Positions 37,730-50,925 of a stretch of DNA of 64,000 bases are shown here, piece after piece. The notes beneath the pieces were generated by a model. It searched no databases. It was given only the letters and a program-made list of their open reading frames with translations, and was not told the DNA's origin. The stretch's first letter is position 1. Every line of letters begins with the position of its first letter. The DNA lies in assembly GCA_040954595.2 (NCBI GenBank), contig CM082592.2, positions 10,669,917 to 10,733,916 on the forward strand. Reading direction: 5' to 3'. A program made the position numbers and the translations under genes. The DNA comes from Balanoglossus misakiensis (lineage: Eukaryota; Animalia; Hemichordata).

Positions 37730-39043
37730 CTATTCATCGGCAAAATCAATGTCCAGCAGCACAGTTATAGAGTCCTGTCGGTTGCGTGCGAACTTCTCTC
37801 GCCCTCCGCCGTTTGCGTTCTTGGTGACGGCGACACTGCCTCTACGATCGCCGCTCTCGCACCAATTCACCATCAACGAACGCGAGGAATTTCGCCTGGT
37901 GAAGAGCTCCTCTTCCTGGTTTGTGTCTTCTTTCCACTCGAATGATTTTTCCTCGGATGGCGAATCGCACATCTCCACTGCTTCGACGACTAAAAGATCT
38001 CCATAGGTGGAGATGGTCAACGACGCTCTGCTTTCGGTTTTGTCCAGAACCCGACGATTGGCCAGCTTTTCCCGTCTGCTCTTGCTCTTACCTGAAGAAA
38101 AGACGTATAGGCTATGATTAGACACCATTGGTGAAAAGTCACTTTAAATTATAAAACTGAACTTTTGTGATTATTTTGCCGAGGATCAAAGTGCAGATCA
38201 GTCTTACTCTGGGATATTGAAAACAAATACATTGCTCATAACTACATTGACATATCATCTCTCCCCCTCTGCTAGATGCTCATTTCTGTTCAACTTTTCT
38301 CCAATATCCATCAAAAGGAATGTATTTTAGTAAAAAAAAAATCTCGGTGTGAGGGTATCTTTAAAAGTTGCACGATGAGTATGGATACCCGTCTTTCCTG
38401 AGTATGCCGACACCTGGTGTAAAGGCCTAAAAATTTTGACGTGGTCATTTCTATAGAAAAACTAAACAATAGACGTTTTGTCGACTTCTGTGCAGGGACT
38501 GGTTATTGGGAAACAAAGGGTTTAGCTGTGCATAACATTTGTCGCTTAATTAAACTCACTGTTTTCAATCTTCGCAGGAGCATTTTTTTGGCCATAATCT
38601 GGTTTATTTGGTAGGCTTGCCAGCTCCAGGCTTTCATAGGAGTCAACGATTTCCTGGTCGTATGCTTCTGCATCGCTTTGGCCAATTACAAATCTGCTAA
38701 CGGAGTCTCTTTTTGCCGGCTTGTTGATAATTCTAGCTTTGCCGCCCGTCAGGTGAATCATGCACTCACCCTCGCTCACTCTCCGTGCAGACACCCCGGG
38801 CAGTTCTAAGTCTTCGCAGACCAGGGCTGCTTCAACTTCAGAGATTCCGATCTCCACCGAAGCAAGTCGCTCGCACCGAGAGCACGCGTTCCTGTAGCGC
38901 CTGGAGCGAGTGTGCCTCCTGCGTCCATTCTCTGAAGATGAGTATTCACTGTCGACTTGTCTCAGATGTAATTTCTGATGACCAGACGACGGGCTTGAAG
39001 AATACATGTTACCGTCTTGAACACGACTGCAGGAGCTGCCCAT
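37730..39043 (-). CDS. Uncharacterised 281-aa protein with N-terminal MGSSCS acylation motif, multiple RRxS sites and a C-terminal clathrin-box-like LLDIDF
   Basis: Two exons: 39043-38560 (donor A|GTGAGT, phase 1) and 38091-37730 (acceptor TTTTCTTCAG|GT). They join in frame (846 nt including TAG). Both exons are more GC-rich than the flanks. No family recognised. Confidence 0.65.
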
Positions 39044-39451
39044 GTTGATGATGGTGTGTACGCTTAAAAGAGGTCTAGTAAAAGAACAATCTAGGACTTC
39101 TAGATTGTGGCTGCTTGTCAGCACCCAAGAAAGGCCGAGTCTCTGCAAAGTCTCACTTTGGTTCGCAGATGTGCGTTGCAGATGTTGATGATGAATCAGT
39201 GCCTTTATATGCATACATGTATAAATATAAGTTGAGTCCTCGTCGACATCCTCTATATTGTTCCCAGATGACATCATTATAGGCCTACAACCACCACGAT
39301 GAAGAATAACAGTAAACAAAAGAATTGTCACCGTGGTTACAATGACGTTGACAGCGTGGTGTGAACAAGATGTCAGTGTATTTCTTAGACCTGGAGACAC
39401 GACGTTTTGAATAGTCGAACATGTGTCGATCAAAATATTCATGTAATATAA

Positions 39452-40406
39452 GGGACCGTTCAGTTTTTACGGCAGGGGGGGGGGCTGGCAAGTTTGTGTC
39501 ATCGGTTTTCAAAATCAGGCCGACCCCCCCTTCACCCAGCCCAAAAAAATGATGACCCCCCCTTTGACAGACCCAAAAATATGATGACCCCCCCCCCCCC
39601 ACGCCGAAAACATTCGCCGTCCTGATCCTATGTATACACTGTATGCAATAAAGGGAATGGGGCTCCTCACCCCTCAATTATAAATTTCTTAAAGTAATTG
39701 AATTATTTAATAATATCGTTGCAATAAAGAAATCTATGAACAAAATAAAATGACAAGTCAATACAATAGTTGCTAGAATTGGTAAAACAAGAAAAGTGGC
39801 GGGGGTGGGCGTGGGAGGGGGTGTCCCCCTCCCACATAAGAAAATTTTGTAAAATATGTAGCTCAAAGTTGCATTTTTATGAACTCAAAAGCAAATTCAT
39901 CTCAATGTTTGGGAGGACCAATTTTATTTTTTGCCATTCCACTCAAAGTTAGAAGATTTGGCGTCATCTTCGTCATGACATCATTTATAAAACTTCCAGC
40001 ATATGGAAGATGCAGCACGAAACTATCAGTTATGCAAAATGGTTTAAACGTTTATTCTCCTTTATGTATTAACTTTGTTAAATATTATCATCAGTGGGTT
40101 TGGGGTGGCAAGCACTCTGCCCTGGTAGAATAGTCAAACCAGCAAAAATCGATATGTTGCAAAGAATGTAGGGGGTGGGTGTGGGAGGGGGTGTCCCCCT
40201 CCCACATTAGAAAATTTTGTAAAATAAAGGGCGCGAAACTACAATTTTGTGGACTCAAAAGCAAAAGTTTGGTGGCAAAAGTATGTGACCCCCCCCCTAA
40301 ACGTTTAAAAAAAACAGATGACCCCCCCCTTTTGGACTTCAAAATTCAAGTGACCCCCCCCTGGATTTTGCCGGCCCCCCCCCGGCCGTAAAAACTGAAC
40401 GGTCCC
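39452..40406. mobile_element. Non-autonomous PIF/Harbinger-type DNA transposon (MITE), ~955 bp
   Basis: TIRs GGGACCGTTCAGTTTTTACGGC... and ...GCCGTAAAAACTGAACGGTCCC, extending imperfectly into G/C runs. TAA flanks both ends (39449-39451, 40407-40409). GGG termini with a TWA target duplication are typical of PIF/Harbinger. No transposase. Confidence 0.85.
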
Positions 40407-40968
40407 TAAAAGTTAAAAGCTCAGAAAAAGACAAACGCTCGGAAACTGCGCAATTTTATTGAACTTGGTAATTTCCCGTATTGTGGTATTACAAGCATTG
40501 GCTGAAAGAATAATATCCAAGAGTTACTAAAACCATATCAAAAACGTGCTTATTACAGGCTGTGACGTCAGCGGTTTGCGTTTTACGTACTATAGGGTTT
40601 TGGGAATTTCTACGTCAAGGGTGAAACATTTGATATCCTGGGGGCGACAGATTGAGACTATAGTATAAGCTTAGTGTTGGGCAGATTTTTCAAAGTTCTT
40701 GTCATTTTTTAAAATCCGTTTTATATTTTCAAGAGTCTTTTTGTTATGTCTCCGTCCAAACAGTTTGACAGACTTCAAATTCAGTATTGATACATAATGT
40801 ATTGTAGACTTTTGTGTCCTAAACGTTTTTTTTAAATGAAGAGTGTCCACTCGGAATCCCCCTTTTTAGCTTCGAAACCGGCCTCCTTTACATCAAATGG
40901 CCCATCCCTTAGAGAACCCTTAGCGTCGTATTGCGCACCCAACTCGCGCACAATGACATCATCAAAAC

Positions 40969-43900
40969 ATGGCGGACCCGTCTGCTGCAGCTGTGGTGGA
41001 CACGCAAACGCAACCAGTCGTTGTATCGGCGAAAAATGCTCCGAAGAGAAGGTTTATTGGTGCTAGGGGTAAAGTGAAGAAAGAAGGAAATACGTCTGGT
41101 ACGTCAAAGTTATAATGTATGCCATAAAGAGCGGTATTAGTCTACCCCGGCCCATGCGCCCAGGCCATATGTGGTCCAGCCACAGTGCAGTGTGAATAGC
41201 CTTGGGAAATTGGGTAGCGATTGGCAACTTTGATGGAAATGTCACCTAACCCTGGCAATTGTCAGACTGTTGACTTGTTAAATAATCTCTCTATAGATAG
41301 AAGAAGTCAGAGAGTTGTCAATCAAGTACCAGCAGAAATATTGAATGATGCTGAACTTCAAAGTGCAATCAAACAGGTAAATTAAACAGAGTGTCCATTT
41401 ACAGCGAGAACTTCATTTTCTGCATTGACATGTTAACAAGTCAACATATTTGAAAGTTAAGACAATACAATACATTTTTGATATTTTTTCTTGCAGCTTC
41501 CATCAAACTATAACTTTGAGATTCCAAAGACAATATGGAGAATAAAAACAACTGAAGCAAAACGTGGTAAGTGGTGATGATTGTGTGGTAAAAAGAGTAT
41601 TTTTTATTTATATAATATAACATGGGATATCGGCAGTTTTTGCAAGGTAGAATCTAACTTTGACTTTTGTTGTATGTTACAGTTGCCTTGCAGTTTCCTG
41701 AAGGCTTACTGCTGTTTGCCTGTACAATAGCTGATATCATTGAAAGGTAACGAAATTCACAGCAAACATCTTGGTATCTACAGTGTTTCAATTTCCTCTT
41801 TCCACAATTTTAATGAAAAAAATGGAATAAGAAAGCACTTGAGATGACTTTATACATGTATATGCCTGCAGCCAAATTGTGGTTGATACAAAGAACAAAA
41901 TTTCCAAAGTTTACGAGGACATTTTATTTACATTGCAGGTTTACTGATGCAGATACCTTGATAATGGGAGATGTGACCTATGGGGCTTGTTGCGTTGATG
42001 ATTACACAGCCAAAGCTCTTGGTGCTGATCTGATGGTCCATTATGGTCATAGCTGTTTGGGTAAATGTCTCTAATATGTCTTTGTTTTGTATTGTTCTCT
42101 GCACTAGTGAGATTTACACTATTGCCATGCATGGCTTTTACAGCTTGTGCTTCTCTCAGCCAATCTTAAATCGTTGTCTCTCTCTTATCTTAATTCTAGT
42201 TCCCATAGATACAACAGAAGGAATTAAAATGCTGTATGTGTTTGTGGACATAAAAATCGACACTCAACACCTGATTGAAACAGTGAGGCATAATTTTAGT
42301 GCCGGTACATCAATAGCTCTTGTCAGTACTATACAGTTTGTGACAGCACTTCAGGTGGGTCATCAAACATTAATGTTAGTTATTAAAACGTATGATGGTC
42401 TTGTCAGCACATTTAAGTTTTGAAATAGTATACTTGATAAAGGAACTTTTTTGTCATTATTTTGTCATACAGGTTGCTCATCAGGAATTGAGTGGTGAAT
42501 ACAAGATATTAGTACCTCAGAGTAAACCTTTATCTCCTGGTGAAATTCTAGGATGTACTTCTCCGAAACTAAAAGATGTAGACATCATTATGTAAGTTAC
42601 ATTGTTTTCACACTCAAATTTACTTGTACATTTTTGTGCAAGTGTTATAACAAGCTGATTGAAACATTTATCAAGTAAATCAATTTCTTGCATATATTAA
42701 GTTGATGAACAATCTCAGTGGTATTTACTCTTGCACTAAACGGTTCCTTTGGTTTCTTCCCTGCAGTTACATTGGTGATGGTCGATTTCATTTAGAATCT
42801 ATTATGATTTCTAACCCAGAGATAGCAGCATACAGGTAAGGCTTGCTATTATGAAGAATACCTAACTGGGCAATAAGCTGACAAACTGCAGATGATGAGA
42901 GTTCAAAGGTCATGACCTTTCACCTGTTCCCACAGAACATCACAGTGATCAGCATACTCTAAACTTGACATCCTCCATTTCATTTCCAGGTATGATCCCT
43001 ACAGTAAAGTGTTCTCCAGGGAATACTACGAAACAGAAAAAATGCACCAAGTCAGACAAGATGCAATTTCTGTAGCTTCAAAAGCAAAGAAATTTGGTCT
43101 TATTCTGGGCACCTTGGGAAGGCAGGGTTCTCCCAAAATTTTCGAGGTAACAACTTGACTTTTCTTGTGGCGAAGTTCAAATCTGGTGTGATGTTATTAT
43201 TGTGGTATTTCCTGTGGTTAATATAAATTCACTTTTGTTGTTTTATTTTACAGCATTTACAAACGAAGATAAAGGAATGCGGGTGTGAATATATCAGTGT
43301 CTTACTCTCAGAGATTTTTCCAGACAAACTTAAACTCTTCCAAGATGTGGATGCGTAAGTATCGATTCAGATTGTGCCACAGAGGGCGCTGTTCATCTGA
43401 GCTTTGATAAGATTCGAACGTTTTTGCACAGGGTAAGATGTGTTTCAATATAATGCACGGGACTCTGTTATCAAGTTTTAGAGTTTAAACTTATTTTGTT
43501 TCATTGATATTCTAGGTGGATACAGATAGCTTGTCCTCGTCTGTCTATCGATTGGGGTGCTGCCTTTGAAAAACCTTTATTGACTCCATATGAAGTAAGT
43601 ATGACCTTAGACAAACGTTATTTCCTTCTTTGTCTTTGTAATAATTAGTTTTGGGGTAATATTGTCAAGAATAATTGCAAGATCTGCTACTGGTCACACA
43701 CAACAAACAATGAGCAAACACACACAATAAAACAGTCAGGTATATAATAGACAGATACCAGGATGTGATGTAGTGTGGTCAGTTTTTTTCCTTAAGAGCG
43801 AGTGCACCCATCCCCATATATATAGGCCCTATTAGTACGGAGATGTAATGAAAAACTTTTATTTTTATGTCAGGCGTCTGTTGCTCTACAACAAATCGAA

Positions 43901-44188
43901 TGGCAATCATCATATCCAATGGATTTCTATGCAAATGAATCTCTTGGGCCCTGGACTGTGAATAATGAACAGCATCGGCCTGCCAGACAGAGGAGAACTA
44001 GGGATACTGTAGTGAAAGTAAATAAAAACACTGATTCCTTGGCTGACAAAACAACTGTTGAGACATCGCTTGGCAACAAGGAGATCAAAACAAGTTCTGT
44101 AAGAGATTCTTCTCCGTGCAAAGAGGGGTGCTCATGTGAGAAAAAATCAGAAAAAGAAAAAACAACAAGCTGCAGTGATAAATACTGA
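40969..44188 (+). CDS. DPH1: 2-(3-amino-3-carboxypropyl)histidine synthase subunit 1 (diphthamide biosynthesis protein 1), 476 aa
   Basis: Exons 40969-41068, 41297-41376, 41497-41566, 41683-41746, 41939-42060, 42200-42354, 42473-42591, 42767-42835, 42990-43146, 43254-43354, 43516-43594, 43874-44188. Motifs [93 protein letters not shown] at 44399. Confidence 0.97.
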
Positions 44189-47100
44189 TGAAACAGATCA
44201 AAGTCTGAGGACATTAAATGTAGATTTGACACATTTCATTGAAACACAGGCTTCAACATGTTTTAGTATATTCCACATATTTAGAGATTCATAGCAGTTT
44301 CATTCAGACATAGAAGTAAGAATGTGTAACATTTGATTGCAATCCAGTAAACATACGTGACTTCAACAGCTTTTACACTGTGTGGTTATTGGGTGTCCAA
44401 TAAAAACGCCCTCACGTGTTCGACGTGACAAACACTGACAGGATGTGGTACGCGATTGCCCTTCAAGATTGGCCAACAGTTTGTTCAAGTCAATGTACTT
44501 TTGCTATGCACATTGATAAATGGGGTGCGACATCTTCTTGTTCAGAAATGTGCTGGCCATTTATACCCTGGGAACCATTGATTTTCCGTGAGCCTCTCAG
44601 GACAACAAAGTGCGCGTGTTGAAAAGCAATAGACAGCAACACAAATTCAATCACTAAACAGATATGCTTGAGTACGCCTAACATGTTTATATACCCCGTC
44701 CTGTGCTTTTCAACGAGTGATATCCGATGGCTCGTGGTGATTGCTAATGGAAAAGATCGTCCCCATAGAATGGAAATAAATAAATCACTCACGGGATTTT
44801 AAAATGAAAAAAAAATCTTGCAATCCATCCGAAATAGTAGATGATTATTTACTTAATGATGTGTATTGCATGATGACAGAGGTATTCCGGGAAGATTTTT
44901 ACCGTAGTTACTGTGACGACGAGCGTAATGGTGGTGGTTGTGGTGATGATAGCGCCACCAACGATAAGTGAAGCTGGAACCCCGCGAGTAGCACCTTGTA
45001 CAATACTTTACCGGTGGTTCATGTCACGCGAAGCAATGAGATGAACTAGTTCAACAGATGATCACAATAACTAAAACAACAGGTGGTTGTCCTATTAACA
45101 TTTAATCTATCGGAAATATGAAGAGACATTGTCAGTCAACTTTCTTTTGTGTACAACAGACTGTTAGCTCTTTCAAATGAAAATAAGTATTTGTTCCCCT
45201 GGTGCTGCGTACAAAGATATCGATAGGCCTAGGAGACATGTCAAATTAGGCTGGCATTGATTCAAATAAAATAAACAAGAATACAAAGCAAAGAAGTTAA
45301 TCATATAGCTTGTCACCTCCCTATCCGAATTAATATTACTTCTATTCGGCAAGTCGGGGAAAAAAAACACGTGAGACAGCGCGCATAATGTAGGGCTCTT
45401 CTATAATCAGAGGGAGTAAATTGTCGAATGCTAGCAACGTGTGGATTGTCAGCGCTTATCAGTGAAACCGTATAAAGGCGATCCGATCGTCATCGCATTC
45501 CCGACCGTTTTCTGAGATTCAGCAATTAACACAAACCTCTTGATTTGAAAGGTGCATGATGAAGTTCCCTTGGCACAGATCCACGAACGCTGTTCTTAAT
45601 CACGAGAACCGTAAATGTCAGAGAAACCTGTCGGTGTTATCAAGAAGTGCAAAACTTGAAATGAGATGTACTTGTGATAGATTTAACCGAATTCCCGCTA
45701 TATCACAAACAGGGAAGAACTGCTTTGATCATGTGCGCATTTAATTTGAATGTTTTCAAACCGTGAAACTACTTTGAAAATAAGCAGTACGCCGTTGATT
45801 ACGTCACATGCTATGATGAAACACTCTCTATTTCAAATAACGTGGTTTCGTGTCAGCAAGAGTTTATCTATAAGACTTATAAAGTTAATGTGGTGCAGTG
45901 AAAGTGTTTTGCCATCAGCAGCGGTTTTGCCATCGGCGCCTAAACAATTTTAGAGAAAGGTCCCATTTCAACAATTACAAGCGTGCGCATTACTGTGAGG
46001 TCATTTAGGTTACATACACACACATTACAGCGGTGATGGAGTTAATAACGGTAGACCTCAGTAGGGTCAACAGACGCCACAACCCGTATGCTTAGATACA
46101 TTTTAACTGACAGTGTAGATTATAGGGCCGCATGTGGTCTATTCAAAGCACATCATAATTTCCATCATGAGCGACTGAATATGACCTGAACAGGCAGGCA
46201 AACGGCGACTGAAATTCTTCCGTACCGTTGGGTTTTCTTGCTATGCTGATAAGAACTGTAGTGCCCCTGTTAACATCTCTCTTGAATCTGCCAGACGAGA
46301 GCTCATATTACAGCTTTGAGAAACACTCGCAGTTTCGTGTTCTTTGACACCCCTGGGCGTTTGAGTGTATTGTTGACAGTCACCTGTTATGGACTGGTTA
46401 ACCTTAGCGTTAGATGTGAAGGGATGAGGTCGGTAATCAATCCCAGAAGGGAAGGAGAAGACGTCCAAAGAAGAATTAATCACATCTTGACAGGTGTATT
46501 GAGGTGCTTCCTTTGGGCAGATGAATTAGTTGTTAAAAATGTGCGCCTGATATAAATCGCCCTCGACAAGAAAATGCTCAACATATTGTTAGAAATATAA
46601 TGTGTTTTGTGCCAATGGCAGAGAGTGTTGGCTGGTGTCACATGTACTTGCATTTTGATCGGCCAAGGGCCGTACAGAGGAGATGCTAAAAGCACAGTGT
46701 GAACGCAGATTCAATTTTTATCTTCGGCAACGTTGGAGAGGAACCATCTGTTACCGTGTAAATGATGTTTACAGTTTCAGCAAAAACTATTTGATAGTGC
46801 ACGTATGTTTATGCTGTTAAACTGGTTGATATAGGATTAAAATGTGAAACGTCACTACTGTATGTGCTGTCTGCCTAGAGAATGTTTACTACCAAAGCAG
46901 AATTTGCAAACTGAAGCTGTACAACGTTTTATCCCCAATCATCCCATGATGTGACACGTCTACCCTTCTTTCATTTTCTCCTCGCTGGAACATTATGTCG
47001 AATCTGCTGGAATTGTCGATCTGTCAGCAAATTGGTGGTAGTTTAGCGCCATAAGTTCCCATTTTTTGCATTATGTCCTTTCGCGTTAATGGCCATAACA

Positions 47101-50100
47101 ACCGTTATCGTAATTCAGTTCCAATTAAGGGTTGCCCGTCGACCTGCTTAATGGCAACATGCAGTTGACGACACGAATCGGGACTTTTGAAAATGTTTAC
47201 TGTAAGTGCGCTCCTTTACCGTAATTATGGAAAACCTTGCTTCTTGTCCCACTTTTATGCCGTTTTGAAATGCCCTCAAGTTCTGTCACGTGTTTTCAAA
47301 TCACGTCGGTACATTACTGCTCTGACATAGAAAGTTCTTCCATCAGTAAGGGCACGTTTGTCGAGTCACCGTGATTTACCATGGGGTTACAGTATATATG
47401 GTGCGGCGACTTTTAATATCTAAACTGGCAAAGTTGCATGTCATTGCGAGATTATGGCTAACATGAAGGAGCGATATTCATACTTCCTTTGCGGTAACAA
47501 GATTGATTGTAATTGATTATAAGTGTATTATGTAAGAGGACAAGACAATTACTGATATCCTGGTGTGATTTATTTGCGAGAATCGAAAAGAAAAACGACA
47601 GACGAGCGTCTTGAACAGGTGGTGTATATGCATCCAATTCATCGTAGTGATGCACGACAGTTCGAGGTCCTTGTATCTCTGAATGCATGTTATTCATCAA
47701 AATCGTTTGGATTTCCTGTGGCAGATGCTATCAACGGGTGCATTCAGTTTTAATCATCCTACGCCGATGGATAAAAAAGATCAGCCGAGAACAAATGGAT
47801 AGGAAACAATCATTGCAACAATGCCACGCATGTGTCTGAAAAAAATTAATTCGATTCGTGACGGGGGGGGGGGGACCAGCTGGAGATTGAGTTTTGTCGT
47901 GCCTTTCTGTATATCGAACCACTTTAATGTATAGACACATAAGTAACTCGTCACAATCTAGATGCAGAACTCAGAGGGTTATAAATCCATAGATAATCGA
48001 TTTTTACAAGATGAAGTAACGCATTTAGAATAATTTTCAAATAATGCAAGCCTATACAGTACAACACCACAGAGCATATTTTTCATTTGCAGAGTACATC
48101 AGCTTCGACGGAATGAAACTTGGCGTCATGGTGTCAACTACCTGTGCAATATGTACGAAGATTACTCCGGAAACCGATGACATACTGAACAAAATGGCCA
48201 CCGACCTATAGAGAATAAGTAACCGTACATCAACCGAGACATAAAAATAAGATTTTTCCGTATCATAAAAGAAGGTCATATATAAATAAAATGTATATGT
48301 TCATTCTACCTCTAAAAAATATCTGCAGAGTCGTTAGCATTATATACTCTTCATTTTATCTGATCATAAATAACTCATTTCGAGTTCGGCGAGTGTGAGT
48401 GTTTACTGCTCCCGGATGCGAAAAAACAGTTAACGAGCTCGGTGATACGTTTTATCCAGTCAAACGGGTACGCGAGTCGGTGTCTTTAATGCTTGATAAA
48501 AAAAATTCGACTGGCTGAGATAACTCCCTGAGTCCAATTCTGTGAGCGCCGTAAATCAGAATCGTTTAGCTCCGCCACAAACCGAGATAGAACGAATATG
48601 CCGGCAATTTTAATTACATTAAAACTGATAGTTCGCATAGTGCAAATTCTCCACACTGGAAAATTGCGAATGACTAACCATTACAATGAAATTTATTTGA
48701 TCATCCAGAGAAAAATTCTCTAATATTGTTTTTGTGTTAATGTAGGTGACAATCGAGGGTTTTGTACAGACCGTGACAGTCTGAAGATAACTTTGCGCTG
48801 GAAGGTGGTGACCCCTGACCCCCAAGAAAATTGGCCGTGCGCAGGAAGATACGCTGGAATAATTGATTAACTCGCCTGCACCGCACTCCATCTGATTAAC
48901 TTCCCGATGACGTGCATCGACGCCGGGCCTGCGGCAATATCATTAGCAGACGAATGATGGGATCTGAAAGGCATGGACGGAGATGTCAACAAACATCTAC
49001 GCTGATCAAATCTGTGTCCGCGGGCAAGCCACTGCGATGACGTCATATCATGGATGCTGCACGTTAAAGGTAATATACTTTCCTGGGAAGACCACGTTTC
49101 TGCACTGTCCGCACATGTCAGACCTTTGCCGTCTCCTTTGACCTAGCTGGAAGATATTCATTAAACTTCAGTTGAGTATAGAATTGATCAAACCATAATC
49201 TAATAAATGTTTACTTGGTTGATAGAGAAATCTCCATTCTCCAGACTGGAGTATCGAAAATCGATCAGCACACATTCCCATGCACGTCCGGAAATTCAGC
49301 GCAGAACGATTTTGCAATCTTGCAAAGGTTTTAAAATTCCTAGCAAGCCTCTATAAGTCTAGCCAATAGTCTTGAGATTAATGCCATCGTTAACGTTTAA
49401 GTCTGCCTGCTTTATCGAATGAGAGCATTATCAAAGAGAGAATTGTCGAGAATCAATCTGCTGAAGTGATGAAGGATTACACGCTGATGTGTTCTCTTCC
49501 ATCACTGGTAGATAGTAAGAAGTCACGGTACAAGTGGATTAAATGGCCACTATTGTTGATTTGGGAATGCTAATCAAATGCAATTGACCGGACAATCAAA
49601 GTGGAGAGGGTTGCTCTTTAAGAGCCACTGTTTCGATTCGATGCTGCCACAAAGTTTATTATATCACACAAGTTCGCCTTGCAACTGAGTAATTTGCCAT
49701 TCTCTTTTTCAGTCTTCAAGTATTGTTGAATCCCAAGCCATTAACTGTGTTTGCAGGAGAATAAGTCAAGACAGTATCTGCAAGATTTATTCTAAAGTAG
49801 ACTAGAGCTCCCGGAACATTTACGTCGTACAGGCATTTGATTTCCTGCGGGCGCGATATTACCCTGGAGATCAATCCATTTGGAAAGGACCGTGTGATCC
49901 AAAACCTGCTGCGGGGACATTCCAATGGCTTGTAAAATTAACGCTTCTCTTGGAGCCTAAGGGGAAACGTACACAGACGGGAATGTATTAGAGATCCCAC
50001 GTTGCGCTGGTTAATTGTGTTACGCCGTGGGGACCAAGACTTATACGTTGATTACAATGCGGCCGCGGAGGGAGACAACGTAACGAAGTGAATAGCTTTG

Positions 50101-50494
50101 TGGACATTACTGAACGAGACGCACAGTAATGAAAGATACCAACATATAAATTGTATGATTGAAGAGTTTGATAATAATGTTCATTTTCTTGGTGATGCAA
50201 ATTTCAAGTTCCAGTGACCAATTCACAAATCTGATAAAAAATACAAAATATCAACTAGCAGATACGAACTGAATGGGCTATCATGTTTAGAATAAAATAC
50301 GTTGAGAATAAAACAAATCAGTGTGCATGTAGTTGATTACAAAATTGGTTAGAGTACGCTTATCAATTAAGTACCCACATTACAATAAATTGTATATGGT
50401 AATTCAGGTGATTTCCCATGAAGTGTGATCCAAGGACAGTGATGGGCGAAACTCTGAGAAAACTGAGTTTACATGGCGAAGATACTGAAAACTA

Positions 50495-50925
50495 TTTATC
50501 CAACTAATATTCTCCAAATGACCAAAAATCATTAAGTCAAAACTTTCATCATTTTTTTGTCGTGTATGAGCTATAATCCATGCAAATGACATTAAAATGC
50601 CCAAATGGCAAAAATTCACTAAGTCAAGAGTTTGTCATTTTTTGAGTGTGTGTGAGCTATAATCCATGTATATGACATGAAAATGTCAAAATGGCAAAAA
50701 TTCACTAAGTCAAGATTTTGTCATTTTTTGAGCGTGTGTGAGCTATAATCCATGTATATGACATGAAAATGTCAAAATGGCAAAAATTCACTAAGTCAAG
50801 ATTTTCTCATTTTTTGAGCGTGTGTGTGAGGTATAATCCATGCATATGACATTAAAATGTCAAAGTGGCTAAATGTCACAAAGTCGGGAATTTGTCATCT
50901 TTCAAAAGTCTTTGATGATTTTTAT
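50495..50925. repeat. About five diverged 86-98-bp monomers related to the adjacent 87-bp satellite
   Basis: GAGCTATAATCCATG-type anchors at 50568, 50654, 50740 and 50828. Shared AAATG.C.AAA, AAAATTC...AAGTC and TTTTTGA blocks lie in register with the 87-bp unit. Confidence 0.8.

Noticed and set aside
39044-39442. N-terminal 133-aa extension of the orphan ORF given in the ORF track
   Set aside because: It has non-coding-like composition and abuts the MITE end. The internal ATG at 39043 has good context (AACATGG) and exposes the MGSSCS motif.
42905-42920. AAAGGTCATGACCTTT palindrome in a DPH1 intron
   Set aside because: It is short, and AGGTCA/TGACCT motifs recur throughout this window, so there is no evidence of a specific function.
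44400-50490. Possible gene or transposon between DPH1 and the satellite
   Set aside because: Only short ORFs with no recognisable homology, no consistent exon chain and no terminal repeats. CpG-richer patches near 48.4-49.1 kb may be regulatory but cannot be supported from sequence alone.
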